64,000 nt of DNA from Dehalococcoidia bacterium. Lineage in GTDB: Bacteria > Chloroflexota > Dehalococcoidia > Tepidiformales > Tepidiformaceae. The DNA is taken from the NCBI GenBank assembly GCA_046328215.1, contig JAXLXA010000002.1, forward strand, positions 18,799 through 82,798, in the 5' to 3' direction. The notes beneath the pieces are model-generated. The model was not told the DNA's origin, searched no databases, and saw only the letters and a list, made by a program, of their open reading frames with translations. Each line of letters opens with the position of its first letter. Positions within the stretch are counted from its first letter, which is position 1. Positions 30,063 to 39,414 of this stretch are shown here, in pieces. The translations under genes and the position numbers were made by a program.

Positions 30063-30793
30063 GTGATGTTGTCCGGCCCACCTGCTTCGTTGGCCAGTTC
30101 GATCAGCCGGCGCGTCGCTTCTCCAGGCTCGTACGCGCCAAGCACGCCGGCGATCGCGGCATCGGCGACCGGTCCGAACAGTCCGTCGCTGCAGGCGAGG
30201 AGCGTCTCGCTTTCGGCGAGCGTGAACGGGCCGCGGATGTCGGGGTCCACAGCGAGTTCGAAGCCGATGGTGCGCGTCACGACATTTCGATAGGGGTGGA
30301 GCCGAGTTTCCGCGGGGTCGAGCAGGCCCTGTTCGACCTGGTCCTGGACCCACGAGTGGTCGCGGCTGAGCTGGCGGAGGCCGTCCGGGCCGTGGAAGTA
30401 GAGCCGGCTGTCGCCGATGTTGAGCCACCAGTATTCGAGCCCGTGGAAGAGGGAGAGGACGAGGGTGGTGGCGGCGCCAACGGCGTTGAGCGTGCGTGCT
30501 TCGGCGCGGACCTGCCAGTTGATGCGGCGAACAGCTTCGCGGAGGGCGGCGTCGGGCGCCATGACGGTGAGCAGCGGGCCGAGTTCGACCGCCAGCAGTT
30601 CGAGCGTGCGCGAACTGGCCCAGTCGCCGCGGGCGTGACCGCCGAGGCCGTCCGCGACGGCGAGCAGCGTCCAGCCATCGGCGCCGGAGAGACCGCCCGC
30701 GAAGTAGGCGTCTTCGTTGCGGCGGCGGTTTCGGCCGATGTCGGAGCGCGCGGAAAGCTCAAGGCGCACGGTGCTTATAGGGTATTCAAACAT
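30020..30793 (-). CDS. PP2C-family Ser/Thr protein phosphatase
   Basis: RSDIGRNRRRNEDA...LAVADGLGGHARG...DGLFG...GGPDNITV motifs. The C-terminal codons and stop are encoded by a repeat unit. Confidence 0.85.
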   Translation of the reverse strand: MFEYPISTVRLELSARSDIGRNRRRNEDAYFAGGLSGADGWTLLAVADGLGGHARGDWASSRTLELLAVELGPLLTVMAPDAALREAVRRINWQVRAEARTLNAVGAATTLVLSLFHGLEYWWLNIGDSRLYFHGPDGLRQLSRDHSWVQDQVEQGLLDPAETRLHPYRNVVTRTIGFELAVDPDIRGPFTLAESETLLACSDGLFGPVADAAIAGVLGAYEPGEATRRLIELANEAGGPDNITVALARPHLNRARQ

Positions 30794-30973
30794 GTATAGG
30801 TAAAGGCTATCGCGGTGGTATCCGTTATGGGTTGAATGATCTAGCAGTGGCGGATGGACCGGCGTAGCGTATTGGGGTGACCGGTAGGAGAGCACAAAGA
30901 TAGCTGCTCAGGGTGCTCAACCGGCCTCAGGGCGAGACGGCTGGATGCCGTCAGAAGGACAATCGCAAACCCA

Positions 30974-33028
30974 ATGTTGATCCTAGTGTTGTCGTTAGCG
31001 GCGGCGTTCCTCGTTGTCGCGCTCATCCTGATTGTCGCCGGGAACATGCTGGTGAACATCGGTGGTGACGAAGTCGGCGTTCTCGAACGGCGTTACCTGG
31101 GTAAGGGCCTCCCCGAAGGCCACGTCATCGCCATGCGCGGGGAGATCGGCATCCAGGCGCGCGTGCTCCCTCCGGGCCTGCACCTGCTGCCGCCGTTCCT
31201 GTACGCGGTGAAAAAGGACCGCATGATCCTCATCGCGGAGGACGAGCTGGCCCTGATCGAGGCGATCGACGGCCGCCCGCTCGACCCCGGACGCATCTTC
31301 GCGCGCCACGTGGAGAGCCACGACAGCTTCCAGGACGGCGAAGCGTTCCTGAGCCGGGGCGGCCAGAAAGGCCCGCAGATCGACGTGCTGCCGCCGGGCA
31401 AGTACCGGATCAACACGTACCTCTTCCGGATCAAGTTGGTGAAGGCGGTGCGCATCCCGGCCGGCGCGGTGGGCGTGGTGATCGCGAACGACGGCGAGCC
31501 GATGGCGCCCGGCCGCCTGCTCGCGCGGCATACGGCGGGGCACACCGCTTTCCAGGGTGGCGAAGCGTTCCTCGAGAACGGCGGCCAGCGCGGCCCCCAG
31601 ATCGAGGTCATCCTTCCCGGCCAGTACCGCATCAACACGGACCTGTTCTCGGTGAAGGTGGAACCCGCCGCGATCGTGAAGGCGAACCAGGTTGGGCTCG
31701 TGACCGCCCGCGACGGCGAGCCGCTGCCCGAAGGCGAGCTCGTCGCGCGCAGCGTCAGTGGGCACAACGACTTCCAGGACTCGTCCGCGTTCCTCGCGGG
31801 CGGCGGCCAGCGCGGCCCGCAGTTCGACTTGCTCAAGCCGGGCACGTACTACATCAACCCGCTGATGTTCGAAGTCTCGCTCGACAACGTTGCGATCATC
31901 GAACGCGGCGAAGTCGCCGTGCTCGTCTCCAACGTGGGCGCTGAGCCGGAGACGATGACGCCCGAAGAGCGGCTGGCCAGTGGCCAGGAAGTGTATGTCG
32001 TGCCGGCCGGCTTCCGCGGTATCCAGCGTGAAGTGGCCGGCCCGGGTGTCTATTACCTGAACCGCTGGGCCTACATCGCCTACATCGTGCCGACTACGAA
32101 CCTGACCATCGACTGGGCCGTGGACACAGGGCTCGAATCGGAGAATTCGTCGACGGCAGGCACGATCAGCAGGGCGCAGCTGTTCAACCCGCTTTCGGTC
32201 ATCAGCCGTGACGGCTTCGAGATGAGCGTGTCGGTGAAGGTGGTCATCCGCGTCCGCCCGGACCAGGCCCCGCTGATGGTGGCGAAGATCGGCTCGATCG
32301 AGAACCTCATCGACCACGTGATCCACCCGATGATCGACTCCTCGTTCCGCAACCAGGCTTCGTCTTCGGCGGCGATGAACTTCATGCAGGACCGCGCAGA
32401 CGAACAGGCGAAGGCGGAAAGCCGCGCGCGAGAAGAGCTGGAGAAGTACCACGTCGAGTGCGTTTCGGTGCTGATTTCGCAAATCGTGCTGCCGCAGGAG
32501 CTGATGAGTATCCAGACCCGGCGGGTGATTGCGGCGCAGCAGCAGGAGATGTTCGTCGAGCAGCAGAAGGCCGAGCAGGAGCGCATCGGCACGGAAAACA
32601 CGCGCGCGCAGGCTGACCAGCAGATCAACCTCGTGACGGCGCAGATTGGCGTCCAGGTGGCGGAGCAAACGCGCCAGAAGACCGTCATCGAGGCGGAGGG
32701 CCGTGCCCGCGCGGTCGAACTCGAAGGCGCCGCCGAGGGCTCGAAGATCCTCGCGGTCGGTTCGGCGACGGCGGAGGCGTACGAGAAGCAGGTGGCGGCC
32801 GTTGGCCAGGGGAACCTGGCGGGCATCGAAGTCACCAAGACCATCGCTTCTGCCGGGCTCAAGATCACGCCGGACATCCTGGTGGCCGGCGGCGACGGCG
32901 AGAACGGCGCCGGCGGAGGCAATGTCTTCTCGGCGTTCATCGCGCAGCTGCTGGCTTCGAACGTGGTGAACCGGACGAACGGCGCGACCCCGAACGGGAA
33001 CGGTTCGAACCCGCCCGCGCAGCAGTAA
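30974..33028 (+). CDS. flotillin-like SPFH/band-7 membrane protein with four N-terminal ~35 aa repeats
   Basis: N-terminal TM. Repeated H.(S/A)FQ(D/G)GEAFL..GGQ(K/R)GPQ..(V/L)LPG.YRINT four times. Coiled-coil EA-rich flotillin tail. Confidence 0.8.
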   Translation: MLILVLSLAAAFLVVALILIVAGNMLVNIGGDEVGVLERRYLGKGLPEGHVIAMRGEIGIQARVLPPGLHLLPPFLYAVKKDRMILIAEDELALIEAIDGRPLDPGRIFARHVESHDSFQDGEAFLSRGGQKGPQIDVLPPGKYRINTYLFRIKLVKAVRIPAGAVGVVIANDGEPMAPGRLLARHTAGHTAFQGGEAFLENGGQRGPQIEVILPGQYRINTDLFSVKVEPAAIVKANQVGLVTARDGEPLPEGELVARSVSGHNDFQDSSAFLAGGGQRGPQFDLLKPGTYYINPLMFEVSLDNVAIIERGEVAVLVSNVGAEPETMTPEERLASGQEVYVVPAGFRGIQREVAGPGVYYLNRWAYIAYIVPTTNLTIDWAVDTGLESENSSTAGTISRAQLFNPLSVISRDGFEMSVSVKVVIRVRPDQAPLMVAKIGSIENLIDHVIHPMIDSSFRNQASSSAAMNFMQDRADEQAKAESRAREELEKYHVECVSVLISQIVLPQELMSIQTRRVIAAQQQEMFVEQQKAEQERIGTENTRAQADQQINLVTAQIGVQVAEQTRQKTVIEAEGRARAVELEGAAEGSKILAVGSATAEAYEKQVAAVGQGNLAGIEVTKTIASAGLKITPDILVAGGDGENGAGGGNVFSAFIAQLLASNVVNRTNGATPNGNGSNPPAQQ

Positions 33029-33135
33029 GCGAGCCGCTATCCGGCGACTCCTGACATAACCCTGTCAGGACGCATGGTTTACGGTGGTAGTTGGGCCGCA
33101 AGCGAGGCTCGACTGAAGCACGAAAGGAAGCAGAC

Positions 33136-33849
33136 ATGCAACTCGACGGAAACCTCATCGTCAACCTGAACAGCGAACATCCAGAGGCGCTGGTCGCGTT
33201 CTACCGGGAGGTCATTGGTCTGAAGCCGAACGCGATGATGGGCGAATCAGCCTTCATGGCCGCGAACACAGCAGTGGTGTTCGACGGGCACAGCGAACTC
33301 AACGGCGGCACGAAGGAGCCTGCGCGGACGATGCTCAACTTCTCCACGGATGACGTGGCGAAGGAGAAGGCGCGGCTCGAGTCGCTCGGTGTGCGATTCC
33401 TGGGGCCGCCTTCGAACGAACCGATATCGTTCGCGACGTTCGTGGACCCGGACGGGAACTACGGCCAGATCTTCTCGATGGAGGGCGCGCCGGCGGGCGT
33501 GGAGATGTTCGCGCTGATGCGCGAGAGCGAGGACCCGGAGCGGCTGCGGACCTTCCTGCGGGACATCGTTGGGCTTTCGGACGACCACCCGGAGATTGGC
33601 AACCCGTTCATCGCGGGCGAGACCTCGATCTACGTGGGCGAGCACAGCGAGGTGAAGGGCCAGGCAAAGGAGCCGGCCCGCGTGCTGCTGAACTTCCCGG
33701 TGGCGGACCTCGCGGCCGAGCAGAAGCGGCTCGAAGGGCTCGGCGTGAAGTTCATCCGGACGGCGGGGAAGGAAGCGTGGGGCGGCGTCATCAGCACGTT
33801 CGTGGACCCGGACGGGAGCTACTGGCAACTGATGGAGTTCAAGGGGTAG
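33136..33849 (+). CDS. VOC-family (glyoxalase/bleomycin-resistance-like) protein, two tandem VOC domains
   Basis: Repeated ...NLNSEHPEALVAFYREVIGL... / ...FVDPDGNYGQIF / FVDPDGSYWQLMEF. Confidence 0.65.
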   Translation: MQLDGNLIVNLNSEHPEALVAFYREVIGLKPNAMMGESAFMAANTAVVFDGHSELNGGTKEPARTMLNFSTDDVAKEKARLESLGVRFLGPPSNEPISFATFVDPDGNYGQIFSMEGAPAGVEMFALMRESEDPERLRTFLRDIVGLSDDHPEIGNPFIAGETSIYVGEHSEVKGQAKEPARVLLNFPVADLAAEQKRLEGLGVKFIRTAGKEAWGGVISTFVDPDGSYWQLMEFKG

Positions 33850-33906
33850 GAGCGTTCTCAACGCCGGGTAGGGAAACCCCAACCCGGCGCCGGGTAGACT
33901 GGGCGC

Positions 33907-35616
33907 ATGCCATACAAGCCCACGGGACGGCCGCCGGGCAGGCCGCGCCACCCGGAGCCGCTCACGCCAGCCGAACAGCGGGTCCTCCGCTACCTCCGCC
34001 AGGGCAGGACGAATGCCGAGATCGCGGACGCACTCGATGTCTCGCCCGACGCGGTGAAGTACCACGTCTCGAACATGCTGGGGAAGCTCGAACTCGAGAG
34101 CCGCGAGCAACTTGCCGCCTGGCGCGAGCCGTCGCCGGTTCTGCGCGCGTGGGCGGCGATGGGCGGGCTCGGGTGGAAGCTCGCCGGCGGCGCGGCCGCA
34201 CTGGTTGTGGCGACCGGCGTGGGCGTCGGGGGCTGGCTCCTCCTGCGCGGAGACGGTTCTGGGACCGAACCCGCCGACTTGAGCGCCCTGGCAACCGGCG
34301 TCCTGAGCATCGGCATCGACGGCCAGCCGGCGAATGGTCCGTCGCTCAGCCCGTCGATCTCCGATGACGGCCGCTTTGTCGCGTTCGAATCCGAAGCCAC
34401 GAACCTCGTGAAGGACGATACGAATGGCGTCAGTGACATCTTCGTCGTTGACCGGGCCGACCGTTCCATCCGGCGCGTCTCGCTCGCGCCCGGCGGGAAG
34501 GAGGCGAACGGCGCCTCGCACCGCCCGGCGATTTCGGGTGACGGCAAGTGGGTCGCGTTCGACTCCGAGGCCAGCAACCTCGTGAAGGACGACGTGAACG
34601 GGGAGCTGGACCGGGTGCTGGCTCATGTTTCCGAAGGCTTCTTGGAGTCGTTCGGTGACAACTCGGACGGACGGGACGCGTTCGTCGCCCAGCGCGCGAC
34701 GTGGGCCGGCAGTGATGTTTTCGTCGTGGAGTTGAAGACAAAGAAGGTGGACATCGTCTCGCTCACTACTTCCGGAGAGCGCGGCGACCTCGGTTCGTTC
34801 TGGCCGACAATTTCACGAGATGGCCGATATGTGGCGTTCGAGTCATCGGCGCCGAACCTCGTGGGAGAGGTACGCGCGCGCTTGGCACCGCCCGCGATAC
34901 TCCGTGTCTCCGGCTTCAGTACCGATGTTTTCGTCCGAGACCGAGACCGCCGGACGACGACGAGGATCTCGATTGGAAACGACGGGACCAAGCCCTTCAT
35001 GAGCAGCGTTGGGCCGGTCATTACGCCGGACGGCCGATTCCTTTCGTTCGTCTCAGGCGAGCCGGCGCTGGCCGGTCCGCGTCAGAGGCAGATCCTGAGC
35101 GGATACGTCTGGAGCAGGGACACTGGGAAGCTGCGCGTCATTCCAGACCCGGAGTTTCCCAGCGGGATGGACTCCGTGTTCGTGGTGGAGTTTTCGCGAA
35201 TAGCGCTCTCCGCCGACGGTACGACTCTGGCGTATCAGGCGACCTTCGGTCTTTCCAACACGGCCCGGGAGCAGACTGAACTCAGGGGGTGTTTCGCCCA
35301 GGTCGCGGGGGAGAACGCCTCGCGCGTGGTGGACTCGACAGCCCCAGAGTGCACCGTATCGGCTGGCGCGAACGCTCCAGCTTTGCTTGACCGGGAAGTG
35401 GTATACCCGACCGCGAGCGGCGGCGGGGTCAGGACTTATGCTTTGGACACCAGGCAGACGGCGGTGACAAGCCTTCCCACCGGATTCGATGCGCTCTTTC
35501 AGCCGGCCGCCGCGAGCGGTCAGACCGGGAAATGGATTGTGGGCACTTCGGCGTTCGGTGCGTGGTTGGATGCCGATGGGCAACTGCGAGTGCAGGTGGT
35601 TGTGTTGGCAAGGTAA
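33907..35616 (+). CDS. membrane-anchored LuxR/GerE-type HTH regulator with extracytoplasmic TolB/PD40-like beta-propeller domain (paralog of 25352..26860)
   Basis: LTPAEQRVLRYLRQGRTNAEIADALDVSPDAVKYHVSNMLGKL. TM helix. PD40-like DDGRFVAFESEATNLVKDDTNGVSDIFVVDR, GDGKWVAFDSEASNLV. Confidence 0.8.
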   Translation: MPYKPTGRPPGRPRHPEPLTPAEQRVLRYLRQGRTNAEIADALDVSPDAVKYHVSNMLGKLELESREQLAAWREPSPVLRAWAAMGGLGWKLAGGAAALVVATGVGVGGWLLLRGDGSGTEPADLSALATGVLSIGIDGQPANGPSLSPSISDDGRFVAFESEATNLVKDDTNGVSDIFVVDRADRSIRRVSLAPGGKEANGASHRPAISGDGKWVAFDSEASNLVKDDVNGELDRVLAHVSEGFLESFGDNSDGRDAFVAQRATWAGSDVFVVELKTKKVDIVSLTTSGERGDLGSFWPTISRDGRYVAFESSAPNLVGEVRARLAPPAILRVSGFSTDVFVRDRDRRTTTRISIGNDGTKPFMSSVGPVITPDGRFLSFVSGEPALAGPRQRQILSGYVWSRDTGKLRVIPDPEFPSGMDSVFVVEFSRIALSADGTTLAYQATFGLSNTAREQTELRGCFAQVAGENASRVVDSTAPECTVSAGANAPALLDREVVYPTASGGGVRTYALDTRQTAVTSLPTGFDALFQPAAASGQTGKWIVGTSAFGAWLDADGQLRVQVVVLAR

Positions 35617-35893
35617 CAGACATCCTTGACGCTGTGGCACGTGAGTCCGCGCTCCCCATCAGTCGCAGCCCAGACGAAGGGCCACTAACAAACGCGACAC
35701 TGTTTGTCGCGCATGACCGCTATCCATAAGACGTGGACTCCGTGTACAGGAACTATCAAGGATCGGCGGACGCGACGATAACGGATGGAGCAGCTATCCT
35801 GATTCGTCTACGGTGCCCCCGGGATCGCACCGGGCGGGCACACTCACCCCGCCGATTGTCCCGCCGGGGCTATCCCTATCTGGAGTCCAGGTC

Positions 35894-36487
35894 ATGAAAG
35901 TCGTCTTTTTTGAAGACGTAGAAGGCACCGCGCAGGTCGGCGAAGTGAAGGACGTGAAGAACGGCTTCGCTCGGAACTTCCTGCTCCCGCGCGGCATCGC
36001 CGGTTCCACCTCGCGTGACAACCTGCAGCGGGCGAACTCGCTCGCTCAGAAGGAAGCGCGCCGCCAGGAGAAGCTCGACGCGGAAGCGCGCGGCGTCTCC
36101 GGCAAGCTCGATGGCTACACCATCACCATCGAGGCACGCGTCGGCGAGACCGGCCACCTGTTCGGTTCGGTCACGAACCGTGACATCGCCGAGCAACTGA
36201 CCGCGAAAACCGGCGTCGACGTCGACTCAAAGATCGTCCTCCTCCCGGAGCCGATCCGCGAGATTGGCGAGCGCAAGGTGAGCATCAAGTTCACCCGCAA
36301 CGTCATCGCCGAAGTCACGGTCGAAGTTGTGCCGGACGAGGCTTCGAAGCCGGTGGTCGAGAAGCTCCTCGCCGAGCGCGCGGCCCAGGCTGAACTCGAA
36401 GCCAAGCAGCTCGCCGCGGCCGCGAAGGCTCGCGAAGAGGCCGCCGCCGCCGAAGCCGCTGCCGCCGAAGCAACCGAAGAAGAGTAA
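35894..36487 (+). CDS. rplI: 50S ribosomal protein L9
   Basis: MKVVFFEDVEGTAQVGEVKDVKNGFARNFLLPRG. Ala/Glu-rich C-terminal tail. Confidence 0.9.
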   Translation: MKVVFFEDVEGTAQVGEVKDVKNGFARNFLLPRGIAGSTSRDNLQRANSLAQKEARRQEKLDAEARGVSGKLDGYTITIEARVGETGHLFGSVTNRDIAEQLTAKTGVDVDSKIVLLPEPIREIGERKVSIKFTRNVIAEVTVEVVPDEASKPVVEKLLAERAAQAELEAKQLAAAAKAREEAAAAEAAAAEATEEE

Positions 36488-36567
36488 CCAGGGAAAGGAG
36501 GATCCAGGGACCGAGCTCTCGAATACCCCGCGCTTCAGCGCTTCGTGCCCGGTTTCCTCCTTAGCCC

Positions 36568-37962
36568 ATGACCCTCGCGCAACTCGAACGTCTTCCCCCG
36601 CATGACATCGAGGCAGAGGAGGCTGTCATTGCCTCCCTCATGGTCGATTCCCAGGCCATGCTCGCTGTCCAGGGCATCGTCAAAGCCGGCGACTTCTTCC
36701 GCGAGAAGAACGGCTGGGTGTACGACGCCTGCGTAGCCCTCTGGAACCGCGACGAAGTGGTCAACCAGATCACCGTGGCGCACGAGCTCGCTTCGCGTGA
36801 CCAACTGCAAGAGGTGGGCGGCCAGACCTTCCTCGCCGACGTCATCCGCCGGCTCCCCACCTCCATCGGTGCCGAGTTCTACGCCCGCATCGTTAAGCGC
36901 GACGCGATGTACCGCGGGCTGATCCACGCGGCCACCGGCATCCTGCAGATGGCGTACGAAGCGCCCGCCGATATCGACGGCGTGTTTTCGAAGTCAGAGA
37001 ACCTGCTCCAGAAGCTGCGCGGCGGCGAAAACTTCCGCGACTTCGTCCACATCCGCCAACTGCTCGATGCCTACCTGGACCAGGACCCGGACGAGATCGA
37101 GCGGATCGAGCTCTCGGCCATCCGCACCGGGTTCAGCGACCTGGATACGCTCCTCACCGGTTTGAAGCGCTCCGACCTGGTCATCATCGGCGCCCGCCCG
37201 AGCGTTGGTAAGTCGAGCTTCGCGCTTGGCATCGCGCGCAACGCAGCCATCGAGCAGCGCGCGAGTGTCGCCTTCTTCTCGCTCGAAATGTCGTCCGAAC
37301 AACTGGCAATCCGCCTGCTCTCGGCCGAGTCGGGCGTGGACAGCTCTCGCCTCCGCCTCGGCCAGAACACGGAAATCGAGGAAAGGCGGGTTGTCGCGGC
37401 CGCCGCCCGGCTTTCGGAAGCGAACATCTGGTTCGACGATTCGCCGATGCTGACGGCGGCCGAACTCCGGGCGAAGGCGAGGCGGCTCGCCGGTGAATCG
37501 AAGCAGCTCGACCTCATCGTCATCGACTACCTCCAGCTCATGCAGGGAGAAAGCCAGACGGGCCGCGAGAACCGCGTGCAGGAGATCAGCTACATCTCGC
37601 GGACGCTGAAGGGCCTCGCCCGCGAGCTGGACGTGCCGATCGTGGCGCTGGCGCAGCTGTCCCGCGCCATCGAGAACCGCCACCCACGCACGCCGATGCT
37701 CTCGGACTTGCGCGATTCGGGCTCCATCGAGCAGGACGCCGACATCGTCATGTTCCTCAGCCGCGAAGAGCTGTACGTGACACCCGAGCAGTGGGCGCAG
37801 CAGCACCCGGACCTGCCCGAGAGCGCCTACCCGAAGGGCGTCGCGCAGGTGAGCGTGGCGAAGCACCGCAACGGCCCGACGGGCAGCGTGGAGCTCCGTT
37901 TCCGCGAGCGCCTGGCCAAGTTCGAAGACTGGGTCCTGCGAACCGATGACCTCCCTGACTAG
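36568..37962 (+). CDS. dnaB: replicative DNA helicase DnaB
   Basis: N-terminal PHDIEAEEAVIASLM. Walker A GARPSVGKSSFALGIA. Walker B DLIVIDYLQLM. 464 aa. Directly downstream of rplI. Confidence 0.9.
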   Translation: MTLAQLERLPPHDIEAEEAVIASLMVDSQAMLAVQGIVKAGDFFREKNGWVYDACVALWNRDEVVNQITVAHELASRDQLQEVGGQTFLADVIRRLPTSIGAEFYARIVKRDAMYRGLIHAATGILQMAYEAPADIDGVFSKSENLLQKLRGGENFRDFVHIRQLLDAYLDQDPDEIERIELSAIRTGFSDLDTLLTGLKRSDLVIIGARPSVGKSSFALGIARNAAIEQRASVAFFSLEMSSEQLAIRLLSAESGVDSSRLRLGQNTEIEERRVVAAAARLSEANIWFDDSPMLTAAELRAKARRLAGESKQLDLIVIDYLQLMQGESQTGRENRVQEISYISRTLKGLARELDVPIVALAQLSRAIENRHPRTPMLSDLRDSGSIEQDADIVMFLSREELYVTPEQWAQQHPDLPESAYPKGVAQVSVAKHRNGPTGSVELRFRERLAKFEDWVLRTDDLPD

Positions 37963-37973
37963 AGAGTCGTGAC

Positions 37974-38720
37974 ATGCGAACCGGCCTAGAGGAACTGGAT
38001 AGCATTCTGTGCGATCTCACTGCCGGCCATTTGGCGTGGTTGGCGGGTCCGTATCGCGCAGGGAAGTCATCGTTGCTCCTCACAGTTGCGCGGGATGTCG
38101 CTTTGCGTCAGGGATTGAAAACCCTCGTTGTATCCGGCGATGACTCCATCCGAACCATCACGGATTGGCTGCTTGCAGCAGAGTCCGGCGTACCGAGAGA
38201 TAGAGTCTCTCAGGCCGTGTTGTCCGAACTCGAAGAAAGAAGGGTCGTTGCCGCAGCTGCACGCCTCGAGAAAGCGGCGCTCCAACTTGAGGACGCTAGG
38301 CGGCTCCCCAGAGAATGGCTCACCCTTCGGCTACAATACCTCGCCGAAGGGTTCGAGCCGGACGTGATCTTGATCGACGGCCTCGAAGGCATTATCCCGC
38401 AGGATTCTCGCGACATCACAGCTCTTGACCTGAAGCAGCTCGCCCGCCGCCTAGAGTTGGTGGTTATGGTTGCGACCGAGAGCACGCTCGACGCAATCGA
38501 ACATGCCGATGTCGTGCTCAGGTTGGACCGCGAGACGCTACACGTTGACCTCGACAGGTGGCTTCTCCAGCATCCGGATCTTCCCGAGAGCGCGTTCCCG
38601 CAAAATGTCCTCGACCTCGAAGTCATCAAGAACCGGATGGGGCCGCGCGGTAGCCTGTCTCTGCGCATTCGAGAGCGGGTCGGTCGTGTCGAGGAATGGG
38701 TCATGCGATCTAATGGATGA
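37974..38720 (+). CDS. DnaB C-terminal (RecA-like) domain paralog lacking the N-terminal domain. Likely ATPase-dead.
   Basis: Aligns to the DnaB C-terminal domain: EERRVVAAAARL is identical; LQHPDLPESAFP matches QQHPDLPESAYP. Walker A-like GPYRAGKSS. Catalytic SLEMS Glu replaced (VSGDDS). Confidence 0.75.
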   Translation: MRTGLEELDSILCDLTAGHLAWLAGPYRAGKSSLLLTVARDVALRQGLKTLVVSGDDSIRTITDWLLAAESGVPRDRVSQAVLSELEERRVVAAAARLEKAALQLEDARRLPREWLTLRLQYLAEGFEPDVILIDGLEGIIPQDSRDITALDLKQLARRLELVVMVATESTLDAIEHADVVLRLDRETLHVDLDRWLLQHPDLPESAFPQNVLDLEVIKNRMGPRGSLSLRIRERVGRVEEWVMRSNG

Positions 38721-39414
38721 GTTCAAGGGCTTCCCCGGCATCGGCAAGGGGACGGTGCTGCCGAACCTGTTCTTCGCGGCCGTGCTGCCGGAGATGCGGA
38801 CGCCCGGGGCTTTGCTGGCGTTCCTCTGGGTCTCGCGGCTGCTGCAGGAGAAACGTGGCAGCGAGCGCTTCGTGAACGCGGCCGAGGTCTGGGAGCAGCC
38901 CGCGGCGCGGGAGAACTTCGAAGCGCTGGCCGGGGGCAAGAAGGGCCTGAAGGCCGGGCTGGCGGAGTGCGTCGAGCTTCGCGCGCTTCTGGCGGTTGGC
39001 CTGCGGCGGGCCGGCGGCGAGGATGTGCTCTACTTCAGCAACGACCCGGCTTCGCGGCGCACCGTTGCGCGGGCGAGGGCGGGAGAAATCACGCTCCGGC
39101 CCGACAGCATCGTCGTGCCCATCGAGCCGCGAGAACGGCGGCCCGGCATCTTCCGCCTCTACGAGGAGAATATCGGCACCATCACTCCCATCGTGGGCGA
39201 GCGGTTGATGGAGGCGCAGGACCGGTACCCGCTGGAGTGGATCGAAGACGCCTTCCGGGAAGCGGCGGAACTGAACGCGCGTAACTGGCGCTACATCGAA
39301 ACTATCCTCAGGAATTGGGCCGAGGAGGGCCGTCCTCATGAAACGCCTGGGCGAGATTCTCTCGAAGACCGTAAGCGAAAGTACCTCGGAGGCGCGCTCA
39401 GGCCGGGAAGTTGA
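38713..39414 (+). CDS. DnaD-like replication initiation/helicase-loading protein (DDBH2 domain)
   Basis: C-terminal YEENIGTITPIVGERLMEAQDRYPLEWIEDAFREAAELNARNWRYIETILRNWAEEG, a DnaD/DnaB(Bsu) DDBH2 signature. Start at MDEFKGFPG. Confidence 0.7.
   Translation: MDEFKGFPGIGKGTVLPNLFFAAVLPEMRTPGALLAFLWVSRLLQEKRGSERFVNAAEVWEQPAARENFEALAGGKKGLKAGLAECVELRALLAVGLRRAGGEDVLYFSNDPASRRTVARARAGEITLRPDSIVVPIEPRERRPGIFRLYEENIGTITPIVGERLMEAQDRYPLEWIEDAFREAAELNARNWRYIETILRNWAEEGRPHETPGRDSLEDRKRKYLGGALRPGS

Noticed and set aside
33247-34626. 459 aa minus-strand ORF
   Set aside because: Antisense to the VOC gene and the LuxR-propeller gene. Arg/Val/His-rich translation with no domain features.
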